Source: Polynucleobacter sp.
GTDB taxonomy: Bacteria; Pseudomonadota; Gammaproteobacteria; Burkholderiales; Burkholderiaceae
Assembly: GCF_044342855.1 (NCBI RefSeq)
Contig: NZ_JBIIPA010000008.1
Location: 146 to 64,145 of the forward strand
Direction: 5' to 3'
Length of the DNA stretch: 64,000 nt
Shown here: positions 24,051 to 33,339 of the stretch, in pieces
How the letters are laid out: every line of letters begins with the position of its first letter
Position numbering within the stretch: position 1 is the stretch's first letter
Translations under genes and position numbers: made by a program
Notes under the pieces: generated by a model
The model's database searches: none
What the model was told of the DNA's origin: nothing
The model's input: the letters and a program-made list of their open reading frames with translations, nothing else

Positions 24051-24306
24051 AACGCCTCACCTCCCTACGATTTGCCCGTCTAGCTGAAATAATCCTAATG
24101 GCTGCAGGCCTCTTTGTATAAATCACTACAAATACTTTTTCGTCTAACAAGCCCAATGCCCGAAATCGCTCCTCCCCATAATCCCAGCGCTGATCTCTTT
24201 CTATGAGCAAATTCGGATCTATAAAAATTGATATCACATATGTGAAATCAAAATTTCGAGAGATCTGGCATAAATCACTTTTAGCCATATCCCATTCAAA
24301 ATCCAT
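24028..24306 (-). CDS. BrnT-family (DUF497) toxin
   Basis: 92 aa with FEWD..K near the N-terminus, YGEERF, and the RIISARRANRREVRRYEE C-terminus characteristic of BrnT. Confidence 0.8.
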   Translation of the reverse strand: MDFEWDMAKSDLCQISRNFDFTYVISIFIDPNLLIERDQRWDYGEERFRALGLLDEKVFVVIYTKRPAAIRIISARRANRREVRRYEENRSS

Positions 24307-24316
24307 TAGTTCTATT

Positions 24317-24333
24317 GTAGGCCATTGGCCTAC
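24317..24333. promoter_or_regulatory. inverted repeat, candidate TA operator
   Basis: GTAGGCC-ATT-GGCCTAC, 11 nt upstream of the brnT-like start codon. Confidence 0.35.
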
Positions 24334-24506
24334 TATTAGTCAAGCAACCTAGGGCACCTATCTATAGGCATTGCTGCAGAAAGCCTTAAACTAGAGGCCA
24401 TAAAGCATTCATGGCTTTAATAGCAGGAAATAGATTCAATCTTCAGCAGCATGGCTCCGCCTCTTTGCTAAGATCGAACGCACATTAATCACTAACCGGA
24501 GTATTT

Positions 24507-25043
24507 ATGAGTTACGACAAGGTCAGCCCAGGTAAGAAAATCCCAGAATCATTCAACGTCATTATTGAGATCCCAATGAATGCGGATCCAGTGAAGTATG
24601 AAGTGGACAAAGAAACTGGTTGCCTCTTCGTAGATCGCTTCATGGGCACAGCAATGCACTACCCATGCAACTACGGTTACATCCCTAAAACAGTTGCTGG
24701 TGACGGCGATCCTGTGGACGTTCTCGTTATCACTCCATTTGCATTGGTTCCAGGCTCAGTAGTGAGCTGCCGCGCTATCGGCATGCTAGAGATGGAAGAT
24801 GAAGGCGGACAAGATGCGAAGTTGTTGGCTGTTCCAGAAGACAAGATTTTGCCAATCTACAAGCATTTGCAAAAGCCTGAAGATGTAAACGAATTACTCC
24901 TCGCCCAAATTCAACACTTCTTCGAGCACTACAAAGATCTCGAAAAAGGTAAGTGGGTAAAAGTTAAAGGCTGGACTGGTGTTGCTGCTGCCCATAAAGA
25001 AATCTTGGACGGCATCGAAGGTTACGCTAAGTCACAGAAGTAA
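24507..25043 (+). CDS. ppa: inorganic pyrophosphatase (family I)
   Basis: 178 aa with the YPCNYGYIP and DGDPVDVLV metal-site motifs. Confidence 0.95.
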   Translation: MSYDKVSPGKKIPESFNVIIEIPMNADPVKYEVDKETGCLFVDRFMGTAMHYPCNYGYIPKTVAGDGDPVDVLVITPFALVPGSVVSCRAIGMLEMEDEGGQDAKLLAVPEDKILPIYKHLQKPEDVNELLLAQIQHFFEHYKDLEKGKWVKVKGWTGVAAAHKEILDGIEGYAKSQK

Positions 25044-25054
25044 TTTAGTAGCAA

Positions 25055-26680
25055 TTGGGAGTGAGCTCGCAAAAAATCGCCTTAGCGCAAATCAACCCTC
25101 TTTTGGGTGATTTGCCTGGCAATGCGCAGCTCATCTCGCAAGCCGCCGCAGAGGCTTACGCACAAGGCGCCACAGTAGTTCTCACGCCAGAGCTATCGCT
25201 CACTGGCTACCCTCCAGAAGATTTGCTATTGCGCCCTGCTTTTATTGAGGCCGCCGATCGTGAGCTCAGTTGTTTAATGCTAGAGCTACAGAAATTTCCG
25301 GGGCTGACCGTGATTATTGGTCACCCAAAAAAGACTACCGCTGGTTTACAAAACTATGCCTCCGTTATTTGTGATGGCAAAGTGATTGCTGGCTATGCCA
25401 AACAAGAATTGCCCAATCATGAAGTGTTTGATGAGGTACGTTATTTCACGCCAGGCAATGAAGCCTGTGTTTTTGAAAATGCCGGCATTCAGTACGGACT
25501 CATTCTTTGTGAAGATGCTTGGCATGCAGGCCCCGCTAAACAAGCCCATGCAGCTGGCGCCCAAGTTCTATTGGTTCTCAATGCCTCCCCCTATCACCTC
25601 CAAAAAGAATCTTTACGTATTGAGGTACTACGCAAACACATTGCTGTAAGTAAGATGCCTTTGGTCTATGTCAACACAGTAGGCGGACAAGATGAACTTG
25701 TTTTTGATGGCGGGTCATTTGCCTTAAACAGTGCAGGCAAGGTAGTGATGACTATGCCGCAGTTTGAAACTGCCCTCGGCTTTGTGACTGTCAATGCATC
25801 AGCTGACTTAGAACCAGGAATTCTGGTTAAGTCATCTAGCGTAGAAGCTCAGGCTTACCAAGCACTTGTTTTGGGCGTGCGTGACTATGTTCAGAAGAAT
25901 CGTTTTCCAGGCGTCATCATTGGCCTCTCGGGTGGCGTGGATTCCGCATTGGTGCTAGCGATTGCGGTGGATGCCTTAGGCGCAGACAAAGTACGCACCG
26001 TCATGATGGCTTCGCGTTACACCGCTGACATATCCTGGATTGATGCCGGAGAAATGGCTCAGAATCTGGGCGTTCAATACGATGAGATCCCCATTAGCGA
26101 ACCAGTTGATGCTCTAGAGCAGGCCTTGGCTGAACAATTCAAAGGCTTGAAGCTCGACGCTACTGAAGAGAATATTCAGGCACGAGTGCGCGGCACCCTC
26201 CTCATGGCACTCTCCAATAAAACTGGCCGACTAGTTTTAACAACCGGCAATAAGAGTGAAATGGCTGTCGGCTATTGCACTCTCTACGGAGATATGGCCG
26301 GGGGCTTTGCCGTCATTAAAGATATCGCCAAGACCTTGGTCTATCGCTTGTGCGCCTATCGCAATAGCATTACCCCAATTATTCCGGAGCGGATTTTGAC
26401 GCGCGCGCCTTCCGCAGAATTACGCCCTGATCAGACCGATCAAGATAGCTTGCCATCCTACGAAGTATTGGATGGGATCGTAGAGCGCTATATGGAGCAA
26501 AACCAATCTATTGCCCAAATTATTGCCGCTGGCTTTGATCCCGATAGCGTAGAAAAAGTAACTCGCCTAATTAAGCTCAACGAGTACAAGCGTCGCCAAG
26601 CACCTCCAGGCGTTCGTGTGACTACCCGAGCTTTCGGGCGTGACTGGCGCTACCCCATTACATCCCAATTTAGGGCGTAA
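25055..26680 (+). CDS. nadE: glutamine-dependent NAD+ synthetase
   Basis: N-terminal CN-hydrolase domain (PELSLTGYPPEDL, CEDAWH) and a C-terminal synthetase with the SGGVDSA PP-loop. Confidence 0.9.
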   Translation: MGVSSQKIALAQINPLLGDLPGNAQLISQAAAEAYAQGATVVLTPELSLTGYPPEDLLLRPAFIEAADRELSCLMLELQKFPGLTVIIGHPKKTTAGLQNYASVICDGKVIAGYAKQELPNHEVFDEVRYFTPGNEACVFENAGIQYGLILCEDAWHAGPAKQAHAAGAQVLLVLNASPYHLQKESLRIEVLRKHIAVSKMPLVYVNTVGGQDELVFDGGSFALNSAGKVVMTMPQFETALGFVTVNASADLEPGILVKSSSVEAQAYQALVLGVRDYVQKNRFPGVIIGLSGGVDSALVLAIAVDALGADKVRTVMMASRYTADISWIDAGEMAQNLGVQYDEIPISEPVDALEQALAEQFKGLKLDATEENIQARVRGTLLMALSNKTGRLVLTTGNKSEMAVGYCTLYGDMAGGFAVIKDIAKTLVYRLCAYRNSITPIIPERILTRAPSAELRPDQTDQDSLPSYEVLDGIVERYMEQNQSIAQIIAAGFDPDSVEKVTRLIKLNEYKRRQAPPGVRVTTRAFGRDWRYPITSQFRA

Positions 26681-26723
26681 CTGGGGCATTCGTTTTCAGT
26701 TCTAGGTATGATTACCGTATTAA

Positions 26724-27071
<348 letters not shown>

Positions 27072-27105
27072 GCATCAGCATTCAATGCGCTAATCCCCTC
27101 AAGGG

Positions 27106-28134
27106 TTAGCGCTGCTGAGAATCTGTCCGGTCTGCGGATGGAACCACCACTTCAGCAACCTCCAATACCAAAGTTTTGTAATTCAAATTTGGCAGGCGAA
27201 CTTTTGCGCCCTGAAAAAATACGTCTGCTTGAGCAAGCCCACCAGTCAGCACTTTAAATGGCGGCTTGCCATAAAAGGATGCGCCTACACCAGGCTCAAC
27301 CATCTTGTTCTGCATCTTTCCAGAAGCATCACTCACGCAAACAACCTGCTTTGATTTCACCTGCACATACACCATATCCGCCGCTTTACGAGGCGCATCT
27401 GGCTTATAACTAATAATGCCTTCCTCAGCAGGGCAGGCTGTTGAAGCCTCAGTGCTGACTGCGGGAACTGCAACTACAGGCGCAACAACTGCTGAAGTGA
27501 CGGGCGCAGGCACTACTGGGGGTGCCGGCTCAATAATTTCTTCTTTTACAACAACGATTTCTTCTGGCTGATCAGCAAAGAAGAGTGGGCGTAAATTAAT
27601 TATCGCGAAAACCAATGCAGCCAATACGCTAATCCAAAGAAGCAACTTCTTTGATGAGGCAGGCTTTGATCTTGCTGAAGTCGCAGATAAGGGAATTTCT
27701 TTTGAGGTAACTTTTGTAGACTCTACTTTTTTGACTGAATCTTTTTTTTCTTCCTCAATCACCAATGCTGGAGTTTGAGTTTCCTCCGCTACTTCTTTGA
27801 GTTCTACAGCTTCTTTTTTTGACTGCGCTTTTTTTTCTGGAGCTTTATTAGACTCTTCAACTTTTGGCGGTTCAATATTTTTTACTGGGGTTTGAAGGCC
27901 ATAGTCGAATACTTCCTCGTCACTTAATTTGAGAAGATTTGCCACTTTTCTAGCGGCAGTAAATTTATTCTGAGCTCCGTAGAAATAGCTGGATTCGCCA
28001 TTTTCAATTTGAGATATTTGATGGTGTGAAAGACAGGCCATCCTACCGAGATCTTTTGTGCTCAGACCGTGCGCTTCCCTAGCCTTAGAAAATGCCTCTT
28101 TACGGATCTCAGGAAGTTTGGGTTTGATGTTCAC
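27106..28134 (-). CDS. RodZ-like cytoskeleton/HTH membrane protein
   Basis: N-terminal XRE-type HTH, a Lys/Glu-rich linker, a single TM helix (LLLWISVLAALVFAII), and a C-terminal DUF4115-like beta domain. Confidence 0.6.
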   Translation of the reverse strand: MNIKPKLPEIRKEAFSKAREAHGLSTKDLGRMACLSHHQISQIENGESSYFYGAQNKFTAARKVANLLKLSDEEVFDYGLQTPVKNIEPPKVEESNKAPEKKAQSKKEAVELKEVAEETQTPALVIEEEKKDSVKKVESTKVTSKEIPLSATSARSKPASSKKLLLWISVLAALVFAIINLRPLFFADQPEEIVVVKEEIIEPAPPVVPAPVTSAVVAPVVAVPAVSTEASTACPAEEGIISYKPDAPRKAADMVYVQVKSKQVVCVSDASGKMQNKMVEPGVGASFYGKPPFKVLTGGLAQADVFFQGAKVRLPNLNYKTLVLEVAEVVVPSADRTDSQQR

Positions 28135-28216
28135 AAAAGTATTTAAAGTGATTTATCTATCGAAATAATGCCCATTAACAGTGGCTATATAAAGCCAGGG
28201 GGAACTAGCCCTAGAG

Positions 28217-28843
28217 CTAGCTATTCTGGATGTTTTCTAAATCGGATTCAAGATACTTCGCTACTAATGTTTGAACTGACTCCACATGCATCTTGTTCAT
28301 TACTCTAGCCTTGTGGACTTTAATCGTGGCATCTGTCGTCCCTAGTTTGACGGCAATATCCTTATTCAGCAATCCCTTGACCAACCAAAAGCAGACTTCT
28401 TTTTCTCTAGGAGTGAGGGTCGCATGATCTTTCTTGGTTTCGACCTCTTTGGAAACGCGTTTGAGCTGGCGTCTATCAAATTCAAGGGCATCAGCAACAG
28501 CCTTCAGTAAATCCTCCAAATTGAAGGGTTTAAAGAGAAAATCAACCGCTCCTCGCTTCAGGCTTTTCACGATTTGATGGGGGTGGCTTTTACCGCTTAC
28601 AAATACAATCGGGGTTTTACGACCCAGTTCGACCAATTTTTCCTGCAAATCTAGGCCAGTCATATCGGGCATTTGCATATCCAGCAAGATGACGGCTGGC
28701 GCTACTGGCACTGAATGCTCTAAAAATGTCACCGCAGAGGAGAAATCCTCCACGACATAACCCACGTCCTTGAGCATTCTACTTAAGGAGGTACGCAACA
28801 ACTCATCGTCGTCGATTAGGTAAATATGGCCAACTTTAGTCAT
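28217..28843 (-). CDS. response regulator, LuxR/FixJ-type DNA-binding output
   Basis: Receiver domain (IYLIDDD, LLDMQMPDMTG, KP) plus a C-terminal LTPREKEV...GLLNKDIAVKLG HTH. No kinase gene is adjacent. The start was trimmed to MTKVGH. Confidence 0.8.
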   Translation of the reverse strand: MTKVGHIYLIDDDELLRTSLSRMLKDVGYVVEDFSSAVTFLEHSVPVAPAVILLDMQMPDMTGLDLQEKLVELGRKTPIVFVSGKSHPHQIVKSLKRGAVDFLFKPFNLEDLLKAVADALEFDRRQLKRVSKEVETKKDHATLTPREKEVCFWLVKGLLNKDIAVKLGTTDATIKVHKARVMNKMHVESVQTLVAKYLESDLENIQNS

Positions 28844-29072
28844 TGAATTTAAAGGGAAAAGTAGTAGACAAGGCAATGTACCGCAGCTTTTTTGCGAAGG
28901 ATATTAGCCCTCAAGCTAATGATGAGCTCAAATCACCAAATACAATAGAGAAATCTGCTTGTTGCGGCGTATGACAAGAACACAGGAAAAGCTACATAAA
29001 CCCCTGCGTTCCGCCTAGTCTCACGGCACAATAGAGCTTTTCGACAAATTCTTTTCTGGAGTCCATATCAGC

Positions 29073-30761
29073 ATGAAACGCCTCAATGAACGCTCGCGCA
29101 ATGTCACCGAAGGGGTTGCTCGCGCACCCAATCGCTCAATGTATTACGCGATGGGCTATGAAGAGAGGGATTTTGTCAAGCCGATGGTTGGTGTAGCAAA
29201 TGGTCATTCCACCATTACCCCCTGCAATAGCGGTTTGCAAAAACTGGCAGACGCGGCAGTATCGGCGCTTGAAGAGGCCGGTGCAAAAGCACAAATGTTT
29301 GGCACCCCTACCGTCTCCGATGGTATCGGCATGGGCACTGAGGGCATGAAGTACTCCCTCGTCTCACGTGAAGTGATTGCGGATAGTATTGAGACTTGCG
29401 TCAACGGCTTATGGCAAGACGGCGTTCTAGTCATTGGCGGTTGCGACAAGAACATGCCAGGCGGGATGATGGCAATGGCCCGCACCAATGTACCAAGCAT
29501 CTATGTTTATGGCGGAACGATTAAGCCCGGCCACTTTAAAGGCAAGGATCTCAATATTGTTTCTGCATTTGAAGCTGTTGGTGAATTCACCTCAGGTCGC
29601 ATGAGTGAAGGCGACCTTAAAGGCGTAGAGCAGCATGCTTGCCCAGGTAGCGGCTCTTGCGGTGGCATGTACACCGCCAACACAATGAGCTCCTCCTTTG
29701 AAGCTTTAGGCATGAGCCTGCCCTACTCTTCCACTATGTCCAACGTAGATGCTGAGAAGGTTGCCAGCGCGCATGACTCAGCCTTAGTGCTAGTTGAGGC
29801 AATTAAGAATAATTTACGTCCACGCGACATCATCACCAAGAAATCGATTGAAAACGCAGTCAGCGTGATCATGGCTGTTGGTGGATCTACCAACGCTGTT
29901 CTCCATTACCTAGCAATCACTAGCGCTGCTGAAATCGACTGGACTATTGATGACTTTGAACGCATTCGTAAACGTGTGCCTGTCATCGTGGACATGAAGC
30001 CTTCTGGCCAATACTTGGCAACTGATCTTCACCAAGCTGGTGGCATTCCGCAAGTCATGAAGATTTTGCTGGATGGCGGACTCTTGCATGGTGACTGCAT
30101 GACCATCACTGGCAAGACTATTGCTGAAACATTGAAAGATATTCCATCCGTACCGCGCGCTGATCAAAAAGTGATTCGAACTTTAGATAATCCTTTGTAC
30201 AAGCAAGGTCACTTAGCTATTCTGAAAGGCAACATCTCTCCCGAGGGTTGCGTTGCCAAGATTACTGGTCTAAAGAACCCATCTATTACCGGCCCTGCAC
30301 GTGTATTTGATTCTGAAGATGATGCAATGGCGGCCATCATGGCGCAAAAGATCAAGGACGGCGATGTCATGGTGATTCGTTATGAAGGCCCTAAAGGCGG
30401 TCCTGGTATGCGTGAGATGCTTGCCCCTACCTCTGCCCTAGTTGGTCAAGGTTTAGGCGAGACAGTAGGTCTGATCACTGACGGACGCTTCTCTGGCGGC
30501 ACTTGGGGAATGGTTGTGGGTCACGTTGCTCCTGAGGCATTTGTAGGCGGTGTAATTGCCCTTATTCACGAAGGTGACTCGGTGACGATCGATGCCCATA
30601 AGTTACTCATTCAACTCAATGTAAGTGATGAAGAGATTGCGAAGCGTCGCGCTGCTTGGGTACAACCTAAGCCACGTTATACCCGTGGATTACTTGCCAA
30701 GTACGCTCACCTTGCAAGCACTGCAAGTAAGGGTGCGGTAACTGATCTGAATTTGGATTAA
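29073..30761 (+). CDS. ilvD: dihydroxy-acid dehydratase
   Basis: 562 aa with [20 protein letters not shown] and DGRFSGGT motifs. Confidence 0.95.
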   Translation: MKRLNERSRNVTEGVARAPNRSMYYAMGYEERDFVKPMVGVANGHSTITPCNSGLQKLADAAVSALEEAGAKAQMFGTPTVSDGIGMGTEGMKYSLVSREVIADSIETCVNGLWQDGVLVIGGCDKNMPGGMMAMARTNVPSIYVYGGTIKPGHFKGKDLNIVSAFEAVGEFTSGRMSEGDLKGVEQHACPGSGSCGGMYTANTMSSSFEALGMSLPYSSTMSNVDAEKVASAHDSALVLVEAIKNNLRPRDIITKKSIENAVSVIMAVGGSTNAVLHYLAITSAAEIDWTIDDFERIRKRVPVIVDMKPSGQYLATDLHQAGGIPQVMKILLDGGLLHGDCMTITGKTIAETLKDIPSVPRADQKVIRTLDNPLYKQGHLAILKGNISPEGCVAKITGLKNPSITGPARVFDSEDDAMAAIMAQKIKDGDVMVIRYEGPKGGPGMREMLAPTSALVGQGLGETVGLITDGRFSGGTWGMVVGHVAPEAFVGGVIALIHEGDSVTIDAHKLLIQLNVSDEEIAKRRAAWVQPKPRYTRGLLAKYAHLASTASKGAVTDLNLD

Positions 30762-30791
30762 GTATTAGCAATAAATCCAAAGCATCAAAAT

Positions 30792-30826
30792 AAAAAGCCC
30801 CTAAGTAAAACTAGGGGCTTTTTTAA
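30792..30826. terminator. bidirectional terminator between ilvD and the PCu(A)C gene
   Basis: Stem AGCCCCTA/TAGGGGCT with an 8-nt loop, flanked by A5 and T6 runs. Confidence 0.6.
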
Positions 30827-30846
30827 TACCTCAGAACAATAGAAGC

Positions 30847-31335
30847 TTAGTGTTTCATCGCTCCACCGTGACCGGCACCAGGATTACCCATCGCATTAAC
30901 CGGCATCTTTACCTCTACTTCGCCTGCCTTGGCAAACTTGAGCTTAACTGGAACGGTCTCGCCGGCAGCCAATGGCGCCTTGATGTTCATGAACATCAAA
31001 TGCATACCGCCTGGCTTCAATTCCACCGCACCACCTGCTGGTACAGGGATATCTTTCACTTGGCGCATTTTCATAACATTGCCTTCCATCGCCATTTCAT
31101 GCAACTGCACTTCACCAGATACTGGTGAGCTTGCAGAAATGAGTTGGTCGGCAGCACCTTTGTTCTCAATCTTCATAAAACCGCCGGCTGCCATTTGACC
31201 AGGAACAGTCGCGCGCGTATAAGCGTTTTCAATTTGCACGCTACCCACTTTAGCGTTTTGAGCTTGTGCAGTAGCAGCTAAACCAAAACCCACAGCAGCA
31301 ACCAATAAAGCATTTAATAATTTATTGCGTTTCAT
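30847..31335 (-). CDS. periplasmic copper chaperone PCu(A)C (DUF461)
   Basis: Signal peptide, plus the HEMAMEGNVMKM and GGMHLMFMN His/Met motifs of the PCuAC family. Confidence 0.8.
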   Translation of the reverse strand: MKRNKLLNALLVAAVGFGLAATAQAQNAKVGSVQIENAYTRATVPGQMAAGGFMKIENKGAADQLISASSPVSGEVQLHEMAMEGNVMKMRQVKDIPVPAGGAVELKPGGMHLMFMNIKAPLAAGETVPVKLKFAKAGEVEVKMPVNAMGNPGAGHGGAMKH

Positions 31336-31442
31336 TTGTACACCCTCCTAGTTATTCTTAAATCCCGAGATATTCCTCGAGCTCTCTTTCAAATTTAATT
31401 CTTATCCGTTAACTTTATCGCAACTCATCGCCCAAGGACATA

Positions 31443-31757
31443 CTATTTTTTAGGCCTGTCAGAATCTATTAATGGATATGCATCTGCTACATAAGCTGGC
31501 CCTTTTGAAAGCATCACAATCAAGGCGGCTATAGCCAAGGTCAAAACCATACCCAAAAAGAATATTTCTGTACTGATCACCAGTATGTCAATGATCCTCT
31601 CTGCTTTGGGCGACATCAGCAATCTCGCCAGCAAACTAGGCAGCGCTATTGCCAGGCTACCCATTACGGTAAATTGGGGCAGCTGATGCAATACCTTGCG
31701 CTCCAAACCTGGTTCATAGGTTTGATACCCAGGCAGTTTCCTTAGCCACTTACTCAT
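31443..31757 (-). CDS. small 2-TM membrane protein, unknown family
   Basis: 104 aa with two long hydrophobic helices. Its ATG overlaps the stop of the upstream gene (ATGA). Confidence 0.45.
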   Translation of the reverse strand: MSKWLRKLPGYQTYEPGLERKVLHQLPQFTVMGSLAIALPSLLARLLMSPKAERIIDILVISTEIFFLGMVLTLAIAALIVMLSKGPAYVADAYPLIDSDRPKK

Positions 31758-32341
31758 GCTGCAAGTCTATCGTAATAGCTATTGGCACTGCCACGCACGA
31801 AGATATCTCTTTTTCCAGCCAGCTCAGATCTCAAGGTGTCGAGCCTCTCATCAATCATGGCATAGACAGGTCGCAAGGATTTGGCCTGTTCAGACAAGAG
31901 GCTACTGAGTTCTCTCTTAGAAAAAACACTCATACCAGCAGTGCCCATTAAGGCAAAAATACCGGTACCCAGCTGACGCTTGTACTTTTCGATGTCATTA
32001 ATCTTTTTATACAAAATCGCGAGATCTTTTAAGTAACTCCTGCCGATCTTTTTAGGAACATGGCCCAAGTAGTGATCATCAAACCCCTGAATCAAAGCAT
32101 CATCTGAAGATAAGTCCTTAGGCAACTTAACCAGAAATGCCCTTCTAGAGGAGTGATTGATCCAAATATATCGAATAAGCTCTACACAGGAATAGCGATC
32201 AATCGGCTTACGCGATGGGAAGTGATTATCGCAATAATGCCCTTCGAGCAGATTGCTCGGCAGCAAGATCTCTTGCGATACTTTAGAAATAATCTGTTTT
32301 GCTGTAGCCCCATTTTCAGGGCGCTCAATAATGGCGTACAT
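31754..32341 (-). CDS. hypothetical protein (195 aa), unknown family
   Basis: The start was trimmed to the ATG at 32341, which has GGAGG 5 nt upstream. One hydrophobic segment (GTGIFALMGTAGMSVF). No motif recognised. Confidence 0.45.
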   Translation of the reverse strand: MYAIIERPENGATAKQIISKVSQEILLPSNLLEGHYCDNHFPSRKPIDRYSCVELIRYIWINHSSRRAFLVKLPKDLSSDDALIQGFDDHYLGHVPKKIGRSYLKDLAILYKKINDIEKYKRQLGTGIFALMGTAGMSVFSKRELSSLLSEQAKSLRPVYAMIDERLDTLRSELAGKRDIFVRGSANSYYDRLAA

Positions 32342-32421
32342 CAAAACCTCCAAATGCATTCTTAAATCAAAGGCAAAAATTCTTGCCAAACGACATGACA
32401 AAGCCATGCCAACAAAGTGAT

Positions 32422-32799
32422 TTAAGACTGGGTAGGAGGCGCTCTAGAGGGAAGCCTGACCCATGCAGACAGAATCTGAGGGGCTTGATAGGAACTTAAT
32501 GATCGAGCTACATAGCTCTGTGGAGCGGCGAACTCAAATGCACAAATACTTGGTAACAAATAGATTGGCTGCACCACACAGTATGGGCAGTGGCTACCCA
32601 TGGCGGGTGATGAAGAGGTCTCATCATCACCGATGACCTGGGTCATCTTGCTACCATTGCTAGAGCAAATCTCAACCACAAATCCTTGACCATTGTTGGC
32701 TAAAGACAAGGCTTGTGAAACAGCAGGCGCAAGCGCACCCAGCAAGATAGCTAAAGCGGCTATCCAGTGAACGAGCTTGCGGTACTTAATAAAGTACAT
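32422..32799 (-). CDS. DUF2946-family protein, copy a
   Basis: N-terminal HWIAALAILLGALAPAVSQA, a CPYC motif, and a PSRAPPTQS C-terminus. Divergent paralog of the other two copies. Confidence 0.65.
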   Translation of the reverse strand: MYFIKYRKLVHWIAALAILLGALAPAVSQALSLANNGQGFVVEICSSNGSKMTQVIGDDETSSSPAMGSHCPYCVVQPIYLLPSICAFEFAAPQSYVARSLSSYQAPQILSAWVRLPSRAPPTQS

Positions 32800-32822
32800 C
32801 TTTAACAATTAAATACATCCAA

Positions 32823-33233
32823 TTACCAGCTCATTGTCTTTGTGCCGTCTTTGAACAAGGCATCACCAGTAACTTTTGGGCTACCAAGTTGAACTCCGGA
32901 AATTAAATCTGCTTCAGAGTAGCCGGCTTGCTTTAAGCACATTGGGCACATAATGACTAAGCCACCTTTAGCAGCAATATCTGACAGCTCTTTTTGTTGA
33001 GCGGCATACTTCTCTGACCCAGCTTTAACACCCAAGATAACGGATTTGTCATTCAAGAAAATGCTCAATGGGTGGCCGTTGGCTGAGTGATGCTTACCAA
33101 AGTTAATCGCCATGGTTGAGCGATGCATTTCATCGGTTGAAAGGTTGATAAAGAGTGGGTCATTAGCGCCAGCAAAAGCCGATAAAGACAAAGTTGCCAA
33201 TACAGCAATGACTACAGATTTAAGTGATTTCAA
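32823..33233 (-). CDS. exported DsrE/DsrF-fold protein with CPMC motif
   Basis: Signal peptide ...SAFA. The core pattern INLSTD...MAI...G.PLSIFLNDKSV.LGV...VIMCPMCLKQAGY matches the DsrE/YchN-like fold. TTG start. Confidence 0.55.
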   Translation of the reverse strand: MKSLKSVVIAVLATLSLSAFAGANDPLFINLSTDEMHRSTMAINFGKHHSANGHPLSIFLNDKSVILGVKAGSEKYAAQQKELSDIAAKGGLVIMCPMCLKQAGYSEADLISGVQLGSPKVTGDALFKDGTKTMSW

Positions 33234-33339
33234 AAATATAGTGGTATTCCCTTTTTAATAAAACAGTTTATTTTCTTAGTAAATCCAATAAGTGGTTTGA
33301 TTTAAATCAACCCCACCTAAAACCTCGCGACCAAAATAA

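Noticed and set aside
27700-27850. Homopolymer tracts (T8, T7, T8 on the + strand) inside the RodZ-like gene as possible phase-variation sites.
   Set aside because: They encode the Lys-rich linker (KKDSVKK, KKAQSKKEA). The tracts are short and are typical of low-complexity linkers in AT-leaning genomes, and the gene is intact.
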